A stretch of 63,889 nucleotides of DNA, filler included, from Vicugna vicugna (Eukaryota): the NCBI GenBank assembly GCA_013265495.1. It is 77 parts of 76 records of this genome, joined end to end, with 100 filler letters (N's around TTAATTAATTAA, not from the genome) between each part and the next. Parts side by side here need not be neighbours in the genome. Positions count along the whole stretch, not along the records: positions 13,156 to 15,333 come from MU062595.1; positions 15,434 to 16,235 come from PNXW01025135.1; positions 16,336 to 17,427 come from MU062597.1; positions 17,528 to 18,646 come from MU062598.1; positions 18,747 to 19,600 come from MU062599.1; positions 19,701 to 20,538 come from PNXW01025225.1; positions 20,639 to 21,479 come from MU062602.1; positions 21,580 to 22,488 come from MU062603.1; 69 more parts are not named here. One strand, written 5' to 3'. Shown in pieces: positions 13,156-24,618 of this stretch. The notes beneath the pieces are model-generated. The model saw nothing but the letters and a program-made list of their open reading frames with translations. It was not told the origin of the DNA and made no database searches. Within the stretch, counting starts at the first letter, position 1. Each line of letters begins with the position of its first letter. The position numbers were made by a program, and so were the translations under genes.

Positions 13156-15333
13156 ATTTATTCCATGGTTGTGGGTTGTAGTTTAAAAACCCACATTCCA
13201 ATAATTGGCTCTCGCTAATACATGGTTTAGAGCCCAACCCCCAATTTCCCCCACTCTCCAGCCTAGGCATGCCATCAGGGAAGACAAGCTAAGGGATTCT
13301 ATTAGAACCCAGGCGCTGCTGTCATTTGGAGGAGCCTCCCCACAATCAGGATACCTGAGCACGTCTCCGTGTGTGTGCTGGAGGTGGGGAAACAGATNNN
13401 NNNNNNNNNNNNNNNNNNNNNNNNNNNNNNNNNNNNNNNNNNNNNNNNNNNNNNNNNNNNNNNNNNNNNNNNNNNNNNNNNNNNNNNNNNNNNNNNNNNN
13501 NNNNNNNNNNNNNNNNNNNNNNNNNNNNNNNNNNNNNNNNNNNNNNNNNNNNNNNNNNNNNNNNNNNNNNNNNNNNNNNNNNNNNNNNNNNNNNNNNNNN
13601 NNNNNNNNNNNNNNNNNNNNNNNNNNNNNNNNNNNNNNNNNNNNNNNNNNNNNNNNNNNNNNNNNNNNNNNNNNNNNNNNNNNNNNNNNNNNNNNNNNNN
13701 NNNNNNNNNNNNNNNNNNNNNNNNNNNNNNNNNNNNNNNNNNNNNNNNNNNNNNNNNNNNNNNNNNNNNNNNNNNNNNNNNNNNNNNNNNNNNNNNNNNN
13801 NNNNNNNNNNNNNNNNNNNNNNNNNNNNNNNNNNNNNNNNNNNNNNNNNNNNNNNNNNNNNNNNNNNNNNNNNNNNNNNNNNNNNNNNNNNNNNNNNNNN
13901 NNNNNNNNNNNNNNNNNNNNNNNNNNNNNNNNNNNNNNNNNNNNNNNNNNNNNNNNNNNNNNNNNNNNNNNNNNNNNNNNNNNNNNNNNNNNNNNNNNNN
14001 NNNNNNNNNNNNNNNNNNNNNNNNNNNNNNNNNNNNNNNNNNNNNNNNNNNNNNNNNNNNNNNNNNNNNNNNNNNNNNNNNNNNNNNNNNNNNNNNNNNN
14101 NNNNNNNNNNNNNNNNNNNNNNNNNNNNNNNNNNNNNNNNNNNNNNNNNNNNNNNNNNNNNNNNNNNNNNNNNNNNNNNNNNNNNNNNNNNNNNNNNNNN
14201 NNNNNNNNNNNNNNNNNNNNNNNNNNNNNNNNNNNNNNNNNNNNNNNNNNNNNNNNNNNNNNNNNNNNNNNNNNNNNNNNNNNNNNNNNNNNNNNNNNNN
14301 NNNNNNNNNNNNNNNNNNNNNNNNNNNNNNNNNNNNNNNNNNNNNNNNNNNNNNNNNNNNNNNNNNNNNNNNNNNNNNNAGGAGGCTGCCCACTCTCAGG
14401 ATAACTGTGCAAGTGTTCGTGTGTGTGCTGGAGTTGTGGAAACAGACTCCACGGATCTTTATGGGGGCACAGGTGTTCCCAGTTTAGGGATGAATTTTAA
14501 ACCCCACAAACCATAGAGAGGTCATCGTAAATACTTGGATTCTGAGCCCAAACCACACTTTTCCCCGCACTCCCGCCTAGGCTTTCCATCAGGGAAGACA
14601 AGCAAAGGGATTCAATTAGAACCCAGGCGCTGCTGTCAGTTGGAGGAACTTCCCTGCACTCAGAATTCCAGAACACATTCTTAGGTGTGGGAGAGATGTG
14701 CATCCCCACTCCACCCAGATGAATGGAGGAAAAGGTGTTCCGTTTAGGGAGAAGTCCTCTAAGTACTTCCTCTGTGGATCAGGGGGCACTCAGTGCTACT
14801 TGGCATCCAAGCCCAACCTCCAGCTTTCCCTCATGGCCTGGCCTAAAGTAACACTAAGGGAACAGAAGCTAAGGGATACTAAAAGAACCCAGGTGCTGCT
14901 GTCAGTTTGAGGAANNNNNNNNNNNNNNNNNNNNNNNNNNNNNNNNNNNNNNNNNNNNNNNNNNNNNNNNNNNNNNNNNNNNNNNNNNNNNNNNNNNNNN
15001 NNNNNNNNNNNNNNNNNNNNNNNNNNNNNNNNNNNNNNNNNNNNNNNNNNNNNNNNNNNNNNNNNNNNNNNNNNNNNNNNNNNNNNNNNNNNNNNNNNNN
15101 NNNNNNNNNNNNNNNNNNNNNNNNNNNNNNNNNNNNNNNNNNNNNNNNNNNNNNNNNNNNNNNCATTTGGAAGCCCCACCATCAGGATGCATGAGCACGT
15201 CTCCGTGTGTGTACTGGATGTGGGGAAAAAGATTCCACGCATCTTTATGTGGCACAGTTGTTCCAAGGTTGAGGAAGTAGTTTAAAATCCTCCACTGCCC
15301 ACAGAGATGCACTCACTAATACTTGGCTTTAGA
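13156..15333 (+). repeat. Diverged ~266-bp satellite (gapped scaffold)
   Basis: AGC(T/A)AAGGGAT motif at about 13287, 14601 and 14867 (last interval 266). Confidence 0.9.
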
Positions 15334-16334
15334 NNNNNNNNNNNNNNNNNNNNNNNNNNNNNNNNNNNNNNNNNNNNTTAATTAATTAANNNNNNNNNNN
15401 NNNNNNNNNNNNNNNNNNNNNNNNNNNNNNNNNAAAGTTTATGTTTCAGTTTAAAAAAAAATCAATTATCCTCCACATCCTCAATTTTGAACTTATTATT
15501 ATTTTATAAATGGAGCTATGCTGCATATTATAAAACTACTGTTTGATTTCTGCAAACAAGACCTTTATGACCTCACTGTTTTAGAGCAAACTTTAACGGT
15601 TCTTTGAGAGGTGGTGCCTGGGGCGCTCACTAACAGCTCTTTAAATACTGACAAAGATGTGCTATTACGTAATGCAAAGGCTCTAACTCCACATTAGCTC
15701 AGAAAGCAAAGAAACTACACCAAAGACTTAACTTTAACAATTTTATATATTCCTATACTTTGAATATTAAAGTTCTTAAAAGATAACATTTTTTTAAAAA
15801 AAGACAACAGCTGTATTAAATTTCCTCTCACCAACAAAGCAATCTTTATCAAGAATAAAGACCCCTATGGATATCGCATTGACAGGACGTTTCTAGCTAA
15901 GTGAACATCCAGATATGAACGCAAACCTAAATCGTATCAGATCTCACTCGAACGAGCTCAACAACGTCCTGGGCTACCCTGGAAATTAGCTCTTCTGTTC
16001 CAAATGTTGCCTGAGCTAAAATCATCACACATGGCAGGGAAGGAGAGAAAAGGAAAGTCCACCTGGTGGCCTCAATCAGTTTTACACAAGGTGCCTCTAG
16101 GGCGGCCCCGCTAACAAGCCCTCCCCATAAGGAATTCCTACATCCACTCTGCCCCTGCAGTCCCCAAGCAGCACCGACACCCCTCTCCCTGCCTGTGAAT
16201 GGTCTTCTAATGACCCCCCAGTTGGTGGCACCCTCNNNNNNNNNNNNNNNNNNNNNNNNNNNNNNNNNNNNNNNNNNNNTTAATTAATTAANNNNNNNNN
16301 NNNNNNNNNNNNNNNNNNNNNNNNNNNNNNNNNN

Positions 16335-16918
16335 NGAGGATACCAGGCTCGAAAGGCATTCATGAGACCTATGGAACCTCACTGATACTGGAAGAAACAT
16401 ACAGAGTCCCAACGTGGAATTGAGGAAGTTCCTCAATTCTCTGCTCCAAGAACGGGTCCAAGATCCCTGACATCTAAAAGAGAAGAGATGGCAGAGGTGA
16501 TCTAAAAGCTCATGATCTTGGAAGAGGTCGTGAGAATCCACACGTCCCAAGGGGCATTTCCAAGCCAATCAGAACAACGTGCACCAAGACCAAGTAAGCC
16601 TTTTCCCAGGTTTGGGCCTAGATAACAAGCACTTGCACACCTCCCCTCCGGCATCCATTTGGAAGGATCAGTACCTGAGCTGCAATGAAGCCAGTACGAG
16701 AAGGGCAAGCCCCTCCTCGAATCAGAGTTCCTCCAACTTCACACTATGTGAACAACAGTGAAATCCTTAAAGGTCTAAAACTCTCGACTGAAATAGATAG
16801 GATATGAATAATTATCTCACACAAAGAAACGATGGCCTTCCGCTAGATTCAGCAAATGCTGGGTTTGTGTCTTCTCTGGGGTGAAGGGAGTGTGGTAATT
16901 GAGGGGAATCTTTGACTG
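16335..16918. repeat. Low-copy paralogous segment (inverted copy at 44538-44803)
   Basis: About 16640-16889 is the reverse complement of 44538-44803. Both give the ORF text ASIWKDQYLSCNEASTRRASPSSNQSSS.FTLCEQQ. Confidence 0.88.
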
Positions 16919-17527
16919 NNNNNNNNNNNNNNNNNNNNNNNNNNNNNNNNNNNNNNNNNNNNNNNNNNNNNNNNNNNNNNNNNNNNNNNNNNNNNNNNNN
17001 NNNNNNNNNNNNNNNNNNNNNNNNNNNNNNNNNNNNNNNNNNNNNNNNNNNNNNNNNNNNNNNNNNNNNNNNNNNNNNNNNNNNNNNNNNNNNNNNNNNN
17101 NNNNNNNNNNNNNNNNNNNNNNNNNNNNNNNNNNNNNNNNNNNNNNNNNNNNNNNNNNNNNNNNNNNNNNNNNNNNNNNNNNNNNNNNNNNNNNNNTATA
17201 ATGCCTCTAGGTGATTTTGGATTCAAGCCTAAATGTATATATTTGGTTTCTTTCCTCTTGTAATTTCCTAGAGAGGGATGTTACCCCTTGAAATGCCAAC
17301 ATTGGCCAGTAGGTGTGATTGGGAATAAATGGCACCACATGCACAAGTGAAACAAAGTTTGGGGGTTATATCATGCTTCCAAAACTATTTCATGGTTCCT
17401 GTTGGTTTCGGAGGCTTCAACAGTAAANNNNNNNNNNNNNNNNNNNNNNNNNNNNNNNNNNNNNNNNNNNNTTAATTAATTAANNNNNNNNNNNNNNNNN
17501 NNNNNNNNNNNNNNNNNNNNNNNNNNN

Positions 17528-18646
17528 TAAACAGGAATGCAAAACAGAATTTAGAATATACAATACAGAATATATAATTTATAATATAGAACGTATACCA
17601 CAGAATATAGAGTATAGAATACAGATTGCAGAATATAGAATACAGAATATAGAATGTAGAACACAGAAAATAGAATATGGAAATCATAATACAAAACCCA
17701 GAACTGAGGACATGGAATGAAGAACACAGAATTTACAATACAGAATAGAGAATACTGAATATAGAATTTAGAATATAAAANNNNNNNNNNNNNNNNNNNN
17801 NNNNNNNNNNNNNNNNNNNNNNNNNNNNNNNNNNNNNNNNNNNNNNNNNNNNNNNNNNNNNNNNNNNNNNNNNNNNNNNNNNNNNNNNNNNNNNNNNNNN
17901 NNNNNNNNNNNNNNNNNNNNNNNNNNNNNNNNNNNNNNNNNNNNNNNNNNNNNNNNNNNNNNNNNNNNNNNNNNNNNNNNNNNNNNNNNNNNNNNNNNNN
18001 NNNNNNNNNNNNNNNNNNNNNNNNNNNNNNNNNNNNNNNNNNNNNNNNNNNNNAATTTAGAATATAGAATGTAGAACACAGAATATAGAAAATAGAATAG
18101 AGAATATAGAACACACAATTTAGAACATGGAATGCAGAACACAGAATTTAGAATGTAGAATACAGAATACTGAATATAGAATTTAGAATCTAGAATGTAG
18201 AACACAGAATGTAGAATATAGAAAAAGGAATGCAGAATAGAGAATATAAAATATAGAATATAGAATGATGAACACAAAATATAGAATAGAGAATATAGAA
18301 ACCAGAAATAAGAACATGGAATGTAAAACACAGAATTTAGAATAGAAAATACAGAATACTGAATATCGAATTTAGAATATAGAATGTAGAACACAGAATA
18401 TAGAAAATAGAATAGAGAATATAGAACTCACAATTTAGAACATGAAATGCAGAACACAGAATTTAGAATGTAGAATACAGAATACTGAATATAGAATTTG
18501 GAAATTAGAATGTAGAAAACAGAATATAGAATATAGAATACGGAATGCAGAATAGAGAATATAAAATATAGAATATAGAATGATGAACACAAAATATAGG
18601 TTAGAGAATAGAGAACACAGAATTTAGAACATGGAATGTAGAACAC
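17528..18646 (+). repeat. TATAGAA heptamer satellite with a 315-bp higher-order period
   Basis: The variant TGATGAACACAAAATATAG occurs at 18266 and 18581, and a block starting at 18054 repeats at 18369. 315 = 45 x 7. Confidence 0.93.
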
Positions 18647-18746
18647 NNNNNNNNNNNNNNNNNNNNNNNNNNNNNNNNNNNNNNNNNNNNTTAATTAATT
18701 AANNNNNNNNNNNNNNNNNNNNNNNNNNNNNNNNNNNNNNNNNNNN

Positions 18747-19600
18747 AGGCAGCCGCGGTCCCTGGGATATCCTGCAATCACCCTTAGCTTTTCCTGGCAC
18801 AGAGACATTTGTAAAATACTCAGGGGAGACAAGCTTAGGCATTCCGTTAGAACCCACGCGCTGCCGACAGTTGGTGGAACCTCCCACGCTCAGGATTCCG
18901 GAACCATTGTCAGTGCGTGGGGGAGCTCGAGAGGAAACTCCACGCAGCTCTCTTCAGTCACATGTGTTCCCTGTTCGGGGAAGTCCGNNNNNNNNNNNNN
19001 NNNNNNNNNNNNNNNNNNNNNNNNNNNNNNNNNNNNNNNNNNNNNNNNNNNNNNNNNNNNNNNNNNNNNNNNNNNNNNNNNNNNNNNNNNNNNNNNNNNN
19101 NNNNNNNNNNNNNNNNNNNNNNNNNNNNNNNNNNNNNNNNNNNNNNNNNNNNNNNNNNTTGTCAGTGCGTGGGGGAGCTCGAGAGACAACTCCACGTAGC
19201 TCTCTTCAGTCCCAGGTGTTCCCAGTTCGCGGAAGTTCGAGAAATACCTTCCCTGACCTTGGTGAGGCAACCTCCGTCACCGGGATATCCTGCAATCACC
19301 CCTAGCATTCCCTGGAACAGAGACCTTAGGAAAACCCTCAGGGGAGACGAGCTTAGGCATTCCGTTAGAACCCACGCGCTGCCGACCGTTGGTGGAAACT
19401 CCCCACGCTCAGGATTCCGGAACCATTGTCAGTGCGTGGGGGAGATCGAGAGACAATTCCACGCAGCTCTCTTCAGTAACAGGTGTTCTCTGTTCTGGGA
19501 AGTCCGAGAGATACCTTCCCTGAAATTCGGGAGGCAGCCTCGGTCACTGGGATAATCTGCAAACCCCCCTAGCATTCACTGGCACAGAGACATTAGGAAA
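18747..19600 (+). repeat. GC-rich 267-bp satellite
   Basis: Tandem monomers GAGCTTAGGCATTCCGTTAGAACCCACGCGCTGCCGACCGTTGGTGGAACCTCCCCACGCTCAGGATTCCGGAACC. Confidence 0.96.
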
Positions 19601-19700
19601 NNNNNNNNNNNNNNNNNNNNNNNNNNNNNNNNNNNNNNNNNNNNTTAATTAATTAANNNNNNNNNNNNNNNNNNNNNNNNNNNNNNNNNNNNNNNNNNNN

Positions 19701-20538
19701 GCTTCTTCCTATCACCAGGTTCAAGAATCACACTTTGATCCCAGATAAAACCTCTTGTAACGAATTCTATCCTAGAGATATTTAATTTGAATGGAATCCA
19801 TCATAATTATAATCCGTATTCCGTACATGCTACATGCATGACGGAGTCAACAAACATGCATTCCTGAGTTGAGACCATGTGGATTTGTGATATTTCTTTC
19901 TCCATAAAAGGAATATTTTCATCTAGACACGTGTACTCATTTTCACAAGCTTTCCCTAATACCAGTTTCGAATTCGTGCATTTTTCACACAGAAATGCTT
20001 CTGGAGCAATTCACATCTAACAGATATGTAATTTAGATGAATTCATCAACATGGCATTCCAGACTCCAAGCATGCTACATGCATTACGGATTCGACAAAC
20101 ATGAGTTTCTGAGTTGTGAGCATGTGGATTAGTGAATTTTCATCCAACAAGAAAGGCATATATACACTTTGAATTATTTTCTGACTTCATAGGTTTTCCT
20201 ATAACCAGGCTCTAAAATCGGACATTTGGAATCAGAAAACACACACTGAGCGAATTCTCACCAATATATATGTAATTTACATTCTTTACATAACCATGGC
20301 ATTCCGTATTCCGAACATGTTTCATGCAAAACGGATTCCACAAACATGCATTTTTGAGTTGTGAATATGCTCATGACTGATGTTTCAACCATTACAAGTT
20401 ATCTATGCACTTTGATATATACAATTTGTCTTCGTAGTTTCTTCCTATCACCAGGTTCAGGAATCACACTTTGATCCCAGAAAAACCCTCTTGGAGGTAA
20501 TTCTACATTAGAGATATTTAATTTGAATAGATTCCATC
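19701..20538 (+). repeat. AT-rich ~740-bp satellite
   Basis: CTTCCTATCACCAGGTTCA at 19705 and 20441 (period 736). Confidence 0.94.
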
Positions 20539-21311
20539 NNNNNNNNNNNNNNNNNNNNNNNNNNNNNNNNNNNNNNNNNNNNTTAATTAATTAANNNNNN
20601 NNNNNNNNNNNNNNNNNNNNNNNNNNNNNNNNNNNNNNTTAAGGTTTCTGTTTTAGAATTGAATGAGCTAATTCCCTCATGTACACCTAAAATAGTAATC
20701 GTGTGGTTTTATGCTGGTGCCTTAGTAGTTGATTACTAAGGGACTCGGCAGTGAGAATGGGGGTGGGGGACCCCTGGATAATAGAGCTTATATTCCAGAA
20801 TATGCTTGTAAAAGACTGGATGTGCAGTGGATTTTTAGTAAATATCCACTCATTTCCTAATCTGCATTGATTGTGTATATATCTTTATNNNNNNNNNNNN
20901 NNNNNNNNNNNNNNNNNNNNNNNNNNNNNNNNNNNNNNNNNNNNNNNNNNNNNNNNNNNNNNNNNNNNNNNNNNNNNNNNNNNNNNNNNNNNNNNNNNNN
21001 NNNNNNNNNNNNNNNNNNNNNNNNNNNNNNNNNNNNNNNNNNNNNNNNNNNNNNNNNNNNNNNNNNNNNNNNNNNNNNNNNNNNNNNNNNNNNNNNNNNN
21101 NNNNNNNNNNNNNNNNNNNNNNNNNNNNNNNNNNNNNNNNNNNNNNNNNNNNNNNNNNNNNNNNNNNNNNNNNNNNNNNNNNNNNNNNNNNNNNNNNNNN
21201 NNNNNNNNNNNNNNNNNNNNNNNNNNNNNNNNNNNNNNNNNNNNNNNNNNNNNNNNNNNNNNNNNNNNNNNNNNNNNNNNNNNNNNNNNNNNNNNNNNNN
21301 NNNNNNNNNNN

Positions 21312-21479
21312 AGACCCAGAACATACTGATATCCTGGTGAACCCTCTTCCCCAAGTTAGAATTCAGTCTCCTTTTATAGTAAAAAGTGGCAGGGGTGTGG
21401 TCAGTTGTTGCAAACTTCTTGCTGTATGAATTTATTTCCTTGGAATCCTTTGTTCTAGCAGCTGTCCATGTGTGTCAAA
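21312..21479 (-). mobile_element. LTR-like fragment, same family as 1051-1330
   Basis: The reverse complement matches 1190-1330 (GGACAGCTGC...AAAGGATTCCAAG...CAAGAAGTTTGCAACAAC..ACCAC..CCCT.CCACTTTTTA). It carries a TATAAAAG TATA-like box. Confidence 0.65.
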
Positions 21480-21579
21480 NNNNNNNNNNNNNNNNNNNNN
21501 NNNNNNNNNNNNNNNNNNNNNNNTTAATTAATTAANNNNNNNNNNNNNNNNNNNNNNNNNNNNNNNNNNNNNNNNNNNN

Positions 21580-22488
21580 TCTTCAGTCACAGGTGTTCCA
21601 TGTTCGGGGAATTCAGAGAAAAATATTCCCTGGCTTGGGGAGGCTGCCTCTGACCCTGGGATATTCTGCAATCACCTCTAGCATTCCCTGGCACAGAGAC
21701 ATTAGGAAAACACTCAGGGGAGACGAGCTTAGGCATTCCGTTAGAACCCACGCGCTGCCGACCGTTGGTGGAACCTCCCCACTCTTTGGATTCCGGAACC
21801 ACTGTCAGTGCGTGAGGGAGCTCGAGAGACAACTCCACGCCGCTCTCTTCAGTCACATGTGTTCCCTGTTCGAGGAAGTCCGAGAAATACCTTCCCTGAC
21901 CTTGGGAAGGCAGCCTCGGACACTGGGATATCCTGCAATCACCCCTAGCATTCCCTGGCACAGAGAAATTAGGAAAACCCTCAGGGGAGACGAGCATAGG
22001 CATTCCGTTAAAAGCCACGCGCTGTCGACCGTTGTTGGAACCTCCCCACGCTCAGGATTCCGGCACCATTGTCAGTGCGAGGTTGAGCTCGACAGACAAC
22101 TCCAAGCAGCTCTCTTTAGTCACAGGTGTTCCCTTTTCGGGGAAGTCCGAAAAATACCTTCCCTGACCTTGGGGAGGCAGCCTCGGACACTGGGATATCC
22201 TGCAATCACCCCTAGCATTCCCTGGCACAGAGACATTAGGAAAACCCTCAGGGGANNNNNNNNNNNNNNNNNNNNNNNNNNNNNNNNNNNNNNNNNNNNN
22301 NNNNNNNNNNNNNNNNNNNNNNNNNNNNNNNNNNNNNNNNNNNNNNNNNNNNNNNNNNNNNNNNNNNNNNNNNNNNNNNNNNNNNNNNNNNNNNNNNNNN
22401 NNNNNNNNNNNNNNNNNNNNNNNNNGCCCTGATATAGGCAGATTCGGTCACTGGGATATCCTGCAATCACCCTTAGCATTCCCCGGCA
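21580..22488 (+). repeat. GC-rich 267-bp satellite
   Basis: CTT(C/T)AGTCAC at 21581, 21847 and 22114 (periods 266 and 267). Confidence 0.97.
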
Positions 22489-22588
22489 NNNNNNNNNNNN
22501 NNNNNNNNNNNNNNNNNNNNNNNNNNNNNNNNTTAATTAATTAANNNNNNNNNNNNNNNNNNNNNNNNNNNNNNNNNNNNNNNNNNNN

Positions 22589-23571
22589 CCATCTACATGA
22601 TATTCCGTTTTCCTTACATGCTACATACATGACCGATTTGACAAACATGCATTTTCATTTGAGAGCATGTGGATTACTTATCTTTCATCCTCTAAAAAAG
22701 GAATATTTTCATCTAGAGACTTGTACACGTTTTCACAAGCTTTCCCTAACACAAAGTTCGAATTCGTGCATTTTTCACAAAAAAATTGTTCTCGAGCGAT
22801 TTCCACCTAACAGATATGTAATTTACATGAATTCCAACAACATGGCATTCCGGATTCCGTACATGCTACATGAATGACAGATTCGGCAATCATACGTTTC
22901 CACATAGTGAGCATGTGGATTACTGACCGTTCATCCACCAAACAAGATGTATATAGGCTTAGAAATATTTACTCAGACTTCATAGTTTTTTCTATCACCA
23001 GGTTCTAAAATCGGACATTTGGCACCAGAAAACACTCTTTGAGTTAATCTCACCAATACACATGTAATTTGCATTGTTTACATAACCATGTCATTCCGTA
23101 TTACGAACATGTTTCATGCGTCACGGATTTCTCAAACATGCATTTCTGAGTTGTGAACATGCACATGACTGAAGCTCAAACACCAAACAAGTTACCTATG
23201 TACTTTGGTATATTTATTTTGACTTCGTAATTTCTGCTATCACCAGTTTCAAGAATCACACTTTAATCCCAGAAAGAACCTCTTGGAGCGAATTCTAACC
23301 TAGAGATATGTAATTTGAATAGATTCCATCTACATGATATTCCGTGTTCCTTACATGCTACATATATGACTGATTTGACAAACATGCATTTCTGAGTTTA
23401 GAGCATGTGGATTACTAATCTTTCATCCTCTATATAAGGAATATTTTCATCAAGACACGTGTACACATTTTCACAAGCTTTCCCTAAAACCAGTTCCGAA
23501 TATCTGCTTTTTTCACAGAAAAATTTTTGTGGAGCGATTTCCACCTAACACATGTGTAATTTACATGAATT
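22589..23571 (+). repeat. AT-rich satellite, 737-bp unit of three ~246-bp subunits
   Basis: CCATCTACATGATATTCCG at 22589 and 23326. The subunit motif CATGxxATTCCG occurs at 22596, 22841, 23087 and 23333. Confidence 0.96.
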
Positions 23572-23679
23572 NNNNNNNNNNNNNNNNNNNNNNNNNNNNN
23601 NNNNNNNNNNNNNNNTTAATTAATTAANNNNNNNNNNNNNNNNNNNNNNNNNNNNNNNNNNNNNNNNNNNNCGGTTTCC

Positions 23680-23858
23680 ATGGAGACGGCAGCGTCGGTT
23701 GCCGCGGTTGCGGCGGTGGTGGCGGCAGCGAAGGGGGCGCGGCAGCAGGGGAAGGCGGCGGACATAGGCTCCAAGATGGTCCGCGGGCAGGCGTGCGACA
23801 TGGGGCCGCCCTACAGCAACCTCTGGTACATCGGGGAAGGATCCTGAGGCATGATGTC
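23680..23858 (+). pseudogene. MAPK1: MAPK1 (ERK2) exon-1 pseudogene, unprocessed, followed by GC-rich intron-like sequence to 24518
   Basis: Reads METAASVAAVAAVVAAAKGARQQGKAADIGSKMVRGQACDMGPPYSNLWYIGEGS*GMM versus ERK2 [40 protein letters not shown]. In-frame TGA at 23845. The similarity stops at the exon-1 boundary, with no SAYDN continuation. Confidence 0.85.
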
Positions 23859-24618
23859 GTCATTCTCCGCACCCGTGTTCCGGCCGCACACACCTGCGCA
23901 GATTCCCTCCCGACCTAGGCGTTCACAGCCTCGGCCTTGGCCTAGGACCCTCGACCCTGATTCCAGCGCAGACCCCGACCCCTCCAAGCCACCCGTCTTC
24001 TGCGCGCCAGGAGTCTGGGGCAGGCCCTGGCCGCTCTTGCTGGGGCTTTGCTCCCGCAGCTTCCAGGTCGGCCCTCGCTCAGCGCGGGGAGTCTGGGAAG
24101 GGCTCAGGGCGTGGGGGCCGCGCCCCGCCGGGGCCCTTCGTGACCCCCAGGAACCCGCCCCAGGGTTCACCCCTCGCGGCCTTCCCTTGACCACCCCCAG
24201 TGAAGCCGCCAATTCCTTCACGTGTTCAAGCCGGTTGCGGTCATGGTCTACAATGCGTTTGCAGAGGCCTGTGAGCACAAAACCGATATCAACGTCTTGT
24301 TTTGGCGCCTCCCCTTGTTTCCCGCTGAAGGCTTGTCTTCAGATGTTCAAGGCGGTTGCGGCCATCCTCAGGCAGTTGGTTGGCAGTTTCGTGTTTCCAG
24401 AAACCAAGGATCATCGTCTTATTTCGTCCCTTCACCTGTGTTTCCCGCTGACGGCTTAGCTCCAGAACCTTCTGAGGTGCCAGTGGTTCTCTCCTGAGTA
24501 AGATTTCTTGAAAGCATGNNNNNNNNNNNNNNNNNNNNNNNNNNNNNNNNNNNNNNNNNNNNTTAATTAATTAANNNNNNNNNNNNNNNNNNNNNNNNNN
24601 NNNNNNNNNNNNNNNNNN

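Noticed and set aside
13183..14516. ORFs of 360-410 aa and other X-filled ORFs
   Set aside because: They are open only because they run through N gaps.
21593..22432. Long ORFs in the 267-bp satellite (repeating LRGDELRHSVRTHALPTVGG)
   Set aside because: 267 is a multiple of 3 and the GC-rich monomer has stop-free frames. Copies show indels and stops and there is no gene structure.
23811..24497. 155-202 aa ORFs downstream of the MAPK1-like exon
   Set aside because: They are Pro/Arg/Gly-rich frames expected in GC-rich non-coding DNA, with no kinase continuation.
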